From Armatimonadota bacterium (GTDB lineage: Bacteria > Armatimonadota > HRBIN16), in NCBI GenBank assembly GCA_963677485.1, contig OY781964.1, positions 4,384,001 to 4,448,000 on the forward strand: a stretch of 64,000 bases of DNA, read 5' to 3'. Below, piece by piece: positions 28,892 through 35,977 of the stretch (positions are counted from its first letter, which is position 1; the number at the start of each line of letters is the position of its first letter). Under the pieces are notes generated by a model. It was not told where the DNA came from. It made no database searches and worked only from the letters and a program-made list of their open reading frames with translations. The position numbers and the translations under genes are program-made.

Positions 28892-30328
28892 ATGACCACC
28901 GCTTTTCAATATACAGTGGGAATTCTGGGGCATCCTACGACACCTGATGTTCGCTGGACCGAAGATCGGCTTTTAGCTCTCAAGGAGCTGGGTGTCAACA
29001 CGATCCAGCTCAGCATCGCCTGGGCTTGGAAGCCGGCCAACGAGGTGCTGAACCTAGAGGACTTCATCAGCGATCCCGCCCAACTTCCTGAGTGGCACGC
29101 CGAATCGGTAGTGCGATATAACCAGCCGGGTGGGGCGATCTACGGTGCAGCCCACCAGATGGAGTGGCACCATCGCGTCGCTTTAGCTAAGAAGCTGGGA
29201 TTCCATACCCTGGCCCACTTTGGACTACCAATGGGGCCGCCTGAAGATGCCACGACCTGCATGAGTGATGATTCGGTGGTGGAGTTCTACCAAGCACGTC
29301 TGAAGTGGCTGTTCACCGAATACCCAGAAATTGGTGATGTGATGGTGTACACGTATGACCAGTTCGCCTGGCTTTGCAGCGAGTATGGCGACTGCCCGCG
29401 CTGCCACGGCGTGCCGCTTCATATACGGCTTATTAGGTTTTTGTCAGCTTTGCTTGAGGCTGTGCGTAGCGTGAAGCCAACCGCGCGGTTGTGGTGGGAG
29501 CCATGGGAGATCAGTGAGGGGCAGATACTGAGTGTGGTCGAGGGCATCGAACCCGAGGGATTTGGACTCATTCTGCACCATACGGTGGCTGAGGTGCAGT
29601 TCTGCAACACCACAGACGGCACCTTACGAAACACCGCCCGGCTGGCGAGCCGCAGAGGTATTCCGGTGATGGGTGAGGGGTTCTTCAGCGGGGCGGGTGA
29701 GGACATCTTCCCGATGACTCATCTGGCTTGCCCAAGGCTAGTTTACCAGCAGTTGCAGGCGCTGGCGGAAACACCGGGCATCGTCGGAGCCAAAGAGTAT
29801 TACGGCATGGTGCCTGAGCATTTCAGCGCGAATATCTGGATGTATAAAGCGTTCCTGCAGAGCCCCACCAGCAGCCTCAATAAGCTGCTTGGGCAAGTAG
29901 CGGCCAAATACCCTGTAGAGCTCCAGAATCGGCTGCTGGAGGCCTGGGAGCTGACCTCCACGGCGATGGAGGTTTTCCCATGGAACGGGAGCTGGGCGTT
30001 AAGGCGCATCTTCGACAGCAGTCTGGAGCGGGTGTGGCAGACCATCCCAGGCGCCTGCTGGCAGACGCCAAGTTGGCAATCTAACCGCAAGGGCTTTTTC
30101 ATGGTGACCGACCAACAGACCCTCAGCCCATGGATGAAGGAGGATGTGGCATTGCGGGCCATACAAGCCTCGGAAATATTCAAGGAAGCTGAGGATGTCT
30201 ACGATGATATCATACGGTCGGCACTGGTAGCGAATGAGGAGATTACGCTGATGGCGCGTGAGGTGAAACTAGCACAGCGCGTGAGTGCTCACTTCGGGCA
30301 CAGTTTGTACGAACACCGCGCATTGTAG
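28892..30328 (+). CDS. Hypothetical TIM-barrel protein (glycoside hydrolase-like)
   Basis: GGAG RBS; 'LKELGVNTIQLSIAW' beta-alpha start; Cys cluster CSEYGDCPRCH; co-transcribed with the GH42-like gene. Confidence 0.55.
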   Translation: MTTAFQYTVGILGHPTTPDVRWTEDRLLALKELGVNTIQLSIAWAWKPANEVLNLEDFISDPAQLPEWHAESVVRYNQPGGAIYGAAHQMEWHHRVALAKKLGFHTLAHFGLPMGPPEDATTCMSDDSVVEFYQARLKWLFTEYPEIGDVMVYTYDQFAWLCSEYGDCPRCHGVPLHIRLIRFLSALLEAVRSVKPTARLWWEPWEISEGQILSVVEGIEPEGFGLILHHTVAEVQFCNTTDGTLRNTARLASRRGIPVMGEGFFSGAGEDIFPMTHLACPRLVYQQLQALAETPGIVGAKEYYGMVPEHFSANIWMYKAFLQSPTSSLNKLLGQVAAKYPVELQNRLLEAWELTSTAMEVFPWNGSWALRRIFDSSLERVWQTIPGACWQTPSWQSNRKGFFMVTDQQTLSPWMKEDVALRAIQASEIFKEAEDVYDDIIRSALVANEEITLMAREVKLAQRVSAHFGHSLYEHRAL

Positions 30329-30336
30329 GTATCATC

Positions 30337-30363
30337 AACAGGCGGCCGATTGGCCGCCTGTTT
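30337..30363. terminator. Bidirectional terminator between convergent genes
   Basis: AACAGGCGGCC-GATT-GGCCGCCTGTTT. Confidence 0.75.
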
Positions 30364-30371
30364 GCTTCAGT

Positions 30372-31751
30372 CTACAAGCCATACTCGGCCAGATTGACCT
30401 TCTTGGGATCGGCTAGTTTGCTCTGCTGTTCGATGATTTCTGCCTCGGTTTCCGGCAACTCGTCGGCAGCGTCGCTGAGCATATCCAGCCAGGCTGCCTC
30501 GCGTCCCTGAAGCATGAACTCATCGCGATCATAGGCTTCTCGCAGCTCCGCTAAGGTGGCTAATGCGGCTCTTCGCACACGGCCGTAGGCGGTGGGCTCT
30601 TCGATAATCTGACCAGCCAGTTTCAACACGACGTCAGGACGAAGAACATACGCCTGTGGATCGTATTTGACGTCGCTCTCTGAGAACCAGTCGCGTAGAG
30701 TCAACGCACTGTCCGCGCCATGGCCGATAGCCACGTTCATCAGGCGGGTGGAGAAGGTCAGTTGCTCCATACTGACAGTCGGTGCCATGCCACCTAGCAA
30801 CTTCAAGTTCTGAACGGATTCGTTCGACCACAGGTCGCAGACCGCCTTCGGGATGTTTCCAATGGGTGAGAGGTGAGCCACTGCCGCTTCGGCACCTTCC
30901 ATGCTGATGGGGCACCCGGTGATCGCTTTGATGTATGGATTTTCGTAGGCGCAGTCCTTGCTCGGTCCGATGGCCCCGCGTTCATGTGCCACCAGCGTTC
31001 GTGCGGCTGTCATCACCCGGATGACGGCGGCCCACACCTTGGGAATGAACTGCTTATCGGCCAGCACCATGGCGGTGTTGCCAAAACCGCAGGCGGTGTC
31101 ACCACCAGGTATCACTCCGTACTTATTGCTGACTCCAACGATCATGTCCCACAGACGCTCCATGTCGCGGGCACCAAGGATGCCCAGCGCGAAGGCCACA
31201 GATGGCAGATCGGCGTTCATGATGGCATCGTCGTGTATCTCTTTGCCACCTGTGGATTCTATGCTGAGGATGTCCGCGCCTGCTTGTGAGTTGAGCTCAA
31301 AGCTGCGAACCATGTTGTCCCAGTAGTGACCATGCCACATGACCGGCGGGCGTTCATGTTCGCGGATGTCGTTAGGTGTGATCCGCAGCACACCTTTAAG
31401 GCCATCTGAAGCGGCGTATTTGTCGAGTGTGTTCCGGAGAATTGCCGTGATACGGGCTCCCCATTCCGGGTTATGTGTCATAGGAGGAAGCAGTTCGAAC
31501 TCCACCACAATCCCGTCACTGTGCAGGTCCACCGCCCGATGGCAGGCATCGTTGATCATCTGGGTATACTGCCGTTCGACTTCTGACCATGTATCAGCCG
31601 TGATGTCCATTGGCGGCAGTGTGAAGTTGAGTTCAGGGTAGACTCGTCCACCTCCTATAACCAGACCACTCTTCGTGGTGACAGGGTTTGGACTGGTTCC
31701 GAAAACAAACTGCTTGAGATCCTTGATTGCCAGTGCGTTGTAGATATTCAT
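30372..31751 (-). CDS. mtaB: Methanol:corrinoid methyltransferase subunit B (MtaB family)
   Basis: Motifs FVFG...PV...G..IGGG.VYPELNF, VVEFELLPPMT, SIESTGGKE, GDTACGFGNTAM, GAIGPSKDCAYE, GCPISMEG, CDLWSNESV; GGGAGG RBS before ATG 31751. Confidence 0.88.
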   Translation of the reverse strand: MNIYNALAIKDLKQFVFGTSPNPVTTKSGLVIGGGRVYPELNFTLPPMDITADTWSEVERQYTQMINDACHRAVDLHSDGIVVEFELLPPMTHNPEWGARITAILRNTLDKYAASDGLKGVLRITPNDIREHERPPVMWHGHYWDNMVRSFELNSQAGADILSIESTGGKEIHDDAIMNADLPSVAFALGILGARDMERLWDMIVGVSNKYGVIPGGDTACGFGNTAMVLADKQFIPKVWAAVIRVMTAARTLVAHERGAIGPSKDCAYENPYIKAITGCPISMEGAEAAVAHLSPIGNIPKAVCDLWSNESVQNLKLLGGMAPTVSMEQLTFSTRLMNVAIGHGADSALTLRDWFSESDVKYDPQAYVLRPDVVLKLAGQIIEEPTAYGRVRRAALATLAELREAYDRDEFMLQGREAAWLDMLSDAADELPETEAEIIEQQSKLADPKKVNLAEYGL

Positions 31752-31971
31752 GGTATCCTCCCTGTGATTCGGGTTTGTATGTGTTGTACCACATATTGCG
31801 AGCTGTTCTGTCTTAATTATCACAGGGTGATACCAGGATATCATGGTAATATAGTGCTTATGAATGATATATTATATGCGTAATATATTAATATTATGAA
31901 ATTAGTCACTAAGTGATGGGGGAATATGGTGTGACGGCCAAAAATGAACCAGGTGTCAGAAAAACCTATAC

Positions 31972-31997
31972 AGCCAGGTTAACGAGTGAACCTGGCT
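31972..31997 (-). terminator. Probable terminator after trm1
   Basis: AGCCAGGTT...AACCTGGCT stem, with a T-run a few nt downstream on the minus strand. Confidence 0.5.
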
Positions 31998-32057
31998 CCG
32001 TGGGCTTTCGGCTACCTACATGCGCTTGTACAACCAGGATGAGTGGATCTCCGCCAT

Positions 32058-33197
32058 CTACGCAGGCCAGATTGTCTTCGCAAGCTCCAATACAGTGGGG
32101 AATGGCGCATCGGTCTTGATGGCCTGTGGCTCTAGATGGGTTCTAGTAGCACGGTATCCTGCGGCGCGTAGTACCTGGGCCATTTTTTTGTTTTTGGGGA
32201 TACCCTTGAGTGCTGCCGTTCGTCCGATAGTGCCCATCGTGTAATAGCCGATCGCACCATCGCACTCTTCCTGCATGATATCCAAGGCCCGGCAAGCGTG
32301 TTTGAACTCGACTTCGTCTGTTTGGGCACGCATTTCCTTCAGGTATTCCATATCATGTAATGGGCCTGTCCAGAGTGGTCCTGCAACTTGGGCTTGACCA
32401 CCGCACACACGGCATATGGACGGAGTATCACGAAAGCTGGTGCTCCATATGGTCAGGCACTGCTGGCATCGGCCCATCCATCCCATGTTCTTCATGGGGT
32501 AGCCGTCGATGCCGTAGTGCATACGCACCGCAACGCGGAATGCGTAGCCTTCGTCCAGGCAAAACAGCGGTTTTAGGTGGAATTCCCGTTCGCCAACACT
32601 CCGCAGCAGTGAGCCGATCAGGCATCGTATACCGACCTCATCACCACAGTTCCAGTTGCGAGTGACCGCACCATAGTGACGAAACGCGCTTTCGGCATAT
32701 TTACCCCAGAGGGCTGCAGTATCCGTGGCGGTTAGGTACAGCACACTGCCGAAGCTGGTCAATAGGGTCGCAGCGTGCCAGAATGGGGCGGGACTGCCAA
32801 ACACGTCGATATCGACCCAGTCAAACCACTGCTGCTCATTCCGCAACTGGTAAGCCAATCGGTGGAGCTGCTCATGCTCCAATCTTACTTTGACATCGCC
32901 TGACACAGGGTTACGGGCGAAATTGGCGGCGGTGGCGGCTACGACATGCTGGTTCCCGTCAGCCATGATCAGATCGTTAACTGGTGCCTCTCGCAGATAT
33001 CGGATGCCACGGGTGCCGATACCGCACATCATGTCGATCACTTTCAAAGAGTGACCTTTGCGTGCAGCTTCAGCACGAAGACCAATTACGCCCATATCGC
33101 GGCTCAGTTTGGCCTTCTTGTTGAAAAACGGGCCGTCTGGCACTAGAAACTCGCACTGTCCTTCATGGATTATCTCTGACTTCATTGGATCACTCAA
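32058..33197 (-). CDS. trm1: tRNA (guanine-26 N2,N2)-dimethyltransferase, Trm1 family
   Basis: FFN...SRD, DMMCGIGTRGIRY, DWVDIDVFGSPAPF, LTATDTA.L.G, E.GIR.L, CxxC..CxxC finger, AGPLWTGPLHD, GY.ATRTH..P..IKTDAP. Confidence 0.88.
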   Translation of the reverse strand: MSDPMKSEIIHEGQCEFLVPDGPFFNKKAKLSRDMGVIGLRAEAARKGHSLKVIDMMCGIGTRGIRYLREAPVNDLIMADGNQHVVAATAANFARNPVSGDVKVRLEHEQLHRLAYQLRNEQQWFDWVDIDVFGSPAPFWHAATLLTSFGSVLYLTATDTAALWGKYAESAFRHYGAVTRNWNCGDEVGIRCLIGSLLRSVGEREFHLKPLFCLDEGYAFRVAVRMHYGIDGYPMKNMGWMGRCQQCLTIWSTSFRDTPSICRVCGGQAQVAGPLWTGPLHDMEYLKEMRAQTDEVEFKHACRALDIMQEECDGAIGYYTMGTIGRTAALKGIPKNKKMAQVLRAAGYRATRTHLEPQAIKTDAPFPTVLELAKTIWPA

Positions 33198-34324
33198 GGT
33201 AAAAACTCCATCATTACTTCGTTGGCCAGTAACATACCCTTCCGTGTCAATGCCCAGCCGTGTTCAGTAGGTGTTAATAATCCACGCCGGTGAAGCTGAC
33301 CGCAAATGACTGCCAATTCGGGCCAACCACCAAACCGTTCATTCAGCAGCCGTCCACTGAACCCGTCTGTGGTCCGCAGGGCTAACATGATGTACTCAAA
33401 CCGCTGTTGTTCCGTTGTTAACTGCTCTTCTTCAACGACCACCGATTGTCCTTGTTCCATCAGCTCCGTGTATCTGGTCGGTGACGGCTCTCGGGTTTGC
33501 CGTACGCCGTTGACCGTGCTGACAGCGGCAGGGCCAAAACCGAAATAGGGTAGCGACTGCCAGTAAACCTGGTTGTGACGGCACTCGAAACCGGGCAGAC
33601 AGTAGTTGGAAACTTCGTATTGGTGGTATCCGTTCTCAGCGAGCACCCGCCAAGTAGCCATCATCATTTCTGCCTGGGTTTCGTCGTCGGGAAGACATAG
33701 TTTGCCAGCTTCTACCAGCCTGGCCAGCGGGGTGTTTGTTTCGAGGGTCAGTGAATAACACGAAATATGTTCCGGTTTCAACTCGCACGCCTGTGTTAGT
33801 TGGGTAATGTGCTGATCTGTGGTCTGCGACGGCAGGGCGGACATGATGTCAACACTGATATTCGAGAAGCCTGCTTCGCGGGCCCAACTGACCGTGCGTT
33901 TGGCCTGCTCGGAACTATGCCGTCGGCCCAGTATCTTGAGCATATCATCATCGAAGCACTGTATGCCGATACTGATGCGACTAAACCCGTGCTGGCGCAG
34001 CTCCACAAGCTGGGCGTAGTCCACTGTGGCGGGATTGACCTCAATACTGACTTCAGCCCCTGGGTGTAGACCAAAATGAGATACCACTGCATCGAGAATC
34101 GACGATACCCGCTCCACGCCGATCACGCTGGGCGTGCCGCCGCCGAAAAACACGGTGAGCAAAGGATCATCCTTTTGGCTCATCGTGATCTCTTGTATGG
34201 TGGCGTGCGTGCAGCGATCATAGTCAGCCTGAGAGCCGACACAGCTTGCGAAGTCACAATAGATGCACTTGCTGAGACAGAAGGGGATATGTATATATGC
34301 ACTTTTGCAGCGTAGACTACTCAC
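33194..34324 (-). CDS. hemW: Radical SAM heme chaperone (HemN-like)
   Basis: YIHIPFCLSKCIYCDF, FFGGGTPS, HISCYSL, YEVSN, HNQVYW. Confidence 0.9.
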   Translation of the reverse strand: MSSLRCKSAYIHIPFCLSKCIYCDFASCVGSQADYDRCTHATIQEITMSQKDDPLLTVFFGGGTPSVIGVERVSSILDAVVSHFGLHPGAEVSIEVNPATVDYAQLVELRQHGFSRISIGIQCFDDDMLKILGRRHSSEQAKRTVSWAREAGFSNISVDIMSALPSQTTDQHITQLTQACELKPEHISCYSLTLETNTPLARLVEAGKLCLPDDETQAEMMMATWRVLAENGYHQYEVSNYCLPGFECRHNQVYWQSLPYFGFGPAAVSTVNGVRQTREPSPTRYTELMEQGQSVVVEEEQLTTEQQRFEYIMLALRTTDGFSGRLLNERFGGWPELAVICGQLHRRGLLTPTEHGWALTRKGMLLANEVMMEFLP

Positions 34325-34344
34325 ATATGCATTGTAACAGCATG

Positions 34345-34377
34345 AAAATTGCCCTGGCAGTGATTCGCTGCCAGGGC
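34345..34377 (-). terminator. Terminator after the peroxiredoxin-redoxin pair
   Basis: Minus strand GCCCTGGCAG...CTGCCAGGGC then AATTTT. Confidence 0.65.
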
Positions 34378-34403
34378 GGGCCTTGGTGATGGTTTCTAGG
34401 GGG

Positions 34404-34847
34404 TTACCCCTGCTTTAGCATCCGTTCAATAGCCGCCTCTACCATCGTCAGCCCAGCGTCACCGGCACTGCGCGAGATGAGTGTGCCATCGGGGCCGAAC
34501 AGGAAGTATGCGGGCACATACTGGTTGTCAAAAGCGTCAGCGATCTTATGTTTGTTATCAACCGCTAAAGGGTCGGTGATACCAAACTCAATTGCCTGCG
34601 CTTTCACTTTGTCCACATCGGTATCTTCCGGTTGCCGTGGAAAATGCACCGAGACGAACTGGATGCTGGTGCCATATTGCTCACGCCATTGGGTGAGCTT
34701 AGGCATGTTTTCATGGCAGATATGGCAACTCACTGCCCAGAAGTAAATCAGGCAGGGTTGCTTAATCTGCGCATCTGTGACTTCGCTATTGATCCATTCC
34801 GTGGCTCCAGCAAGCGATGGGATGGGTGTTCCTCGTCTTAATGGCAT
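34404..34847 (-). CDS. TlpA/YkuV-like thiol-disulfide oxidoreductase
   Basis: GATEWIN, FWAVSCHIC, VHFPR, YVPAYFLF; adjacent to peroxiredoxin as in Bacillus ykuU-ykuV. Confidence 0.85.
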   Translation of the reverse strand: MPLRRGTPIPSLAGATEWINSEVTDAQIKQPCLIYFWAVSCHICHENMPKLTQWREQYGTSIQFVSVHFPRQPEDTDVDKVKAQAIEFGITDPLAVDNKHKIADAFDNQYVPAYFLFGPDGTLISRSAGDAGLTMVEAAIERMLKQG

Positions 34848-34856
34848 CTGTTCCCT

Positions 34857-35438
34857 CTATAGGTTGCTGTCGCCGGGTTTCCAGTTGGCTGCACATAGAC
34901 CGCCGGACTGAAGACCTTCAAGCACGCGAAGGGTTTCGTCTACGCTGCGACCGATGTTCAGGTTGTGATACACAGCGTACTGAAGCACGCCATTCGGATC
35001 TATAATAAACAGACCGCGGGTGGAAATCCCTTCAGCCGGGATGTATACACCGTAGTCTTTACTTACTTGCTTTGTCATGTCAGATGCCAGCGGGAATTTC
35101 ACGCCTGCGATACCGTGGTTATCACGCGGAGTATTGAGCCACGCGCGGTGGGAGAATACGGAGTCCGTAGAGGCTCCAAGAATCTCAGCGCCGACTTCCT
35201 CAAACTCGTCCAGACGATCGGATAGGGCGATGATCTCCGTCGGACACACAAACGTGAAATCCAGCGGATAGAAGAACAGCACCAGCCATTTGCCTTTGTA
35301 ATCGGCCAGGGAGGCTGTCGATGTAAGGTTGTCGATGTCTGCAGTGGTCTTCATTGTGAAGTCGGGTGCGGGCTGACCTACAACCGCCTTGGAAACATAA
35401 TCAGAACAGCAGCAAGAGCTATTGCAACAGTCGCTCAT
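34857..35438 (-). CDS. ahpC: 2-Cys peroxiredoxin (AhpC family) with Cys-rich N-terminus
   Basis: FFYPLDFTFVCPTE, GRSVDETLR, resolving GGLCAANWKPG; GGAGG RBS. Confidence 0.93.
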   Translation of the reverse strand: MSDCCNSSCCCSDYVSKAVVGQPAPDFTMKTTADIDNLTSTASLADYKGKWLVLFFYPLDFTFVCPTEIIALSDRLDEFEEVGAEILGASTDSVFSHRAWLNTPRDNHGIAGVKFPLASDMTKQVSKDYGVYIPAEGISTRGLFIIDPNGVLQYAVYHNLNIGRSVDETLRVLEGLQSGGLCAANWKPGDSNL

Positions 35439-35679
35439 CGTATGGTGACCTCCGTCATGGGTATTAGCTTGTTTTATATGCTAGAATTACCAGCACTGAT
35501 TCAGTATGGCATTTTACGCGGGGGGTGAGTCAAGAGGTTCTCAGGGTAATATTCGTATCACGATGAACCATGACACGGTCGGCAATGCTTCATGTGATGC
35601 CATGTGTGGTGAACTGAATGTACCGATGTAATATGGTAATATGGATGAAGCATTTACCCAGAAGGCTTGTACGTAACTG

Positions 35680-35849
35680 GTTGGCTACGTCCGGGGCGGT
35701 CTGTCAGTACGCCTGCGGTGGCCATGGTCTATAGACCGCGCCGGTCTTGTTCTTGACATGCATCTTTCATGGCTGTCCGCCAGACCGGCGCGGTTTTGAG
35801 CCTTCTGCAGTCATTAGCCGACGGTCAGACCGCCCCGGACATGGCCAAC
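35680..35849. repeat. ~170-nt imperfect long hairpin (candidate ncRNA or MITE/REP-derived element)
   Basis: 24-nt terminal inverted repeat (35680..35703 / 35826..35849, 2 mismatches) enclosing a second 15-nt IR (35733..35747 / 35782..35796). Confidence 0.65.
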
Positions 35850-35977
35850 GATTGGCTGCAATAGAGGCGAACAGCCACTCGCATATAAAACGGTTGCATC
35901 AGTGTGACGCGTTATTTACAGCCTGGGCTGCTGTGCCAGCACGAGCGGATGCTTATAATAGATATGATGAGGTGGCG

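Noticed and set aside
21373-31751. Prophage, defence island or integrative element
   Set aside because: No integrase, transposase, phage structural, nuclease/ATPase defence genes or flanking direct repeats recognised
31751-32058. Cobalamin riboswitch upstream of mtaB
   Set aside because: No AGGGAA or GCCACTG/GGGAAG B12-box elements visible on the minus strand
33194-34324. Coproporphyrinogen III oxidase HemN
   Set aside because: Lacks the HemN N-terminal PRYTSYP segment and has the HNxxYW motif of HemW
35573-35641. 22-codon ORF MNHDTVGNASCDAMCGELNVPM
   Set aside because: No convincing RBS or recognisable motif; cannot be supported
35747-35977. N-terminal extension of the 503-aa ORF
   Set aside because: Runs through the hairpin element; a TATAAT box and RBS lie just before ATG 35978
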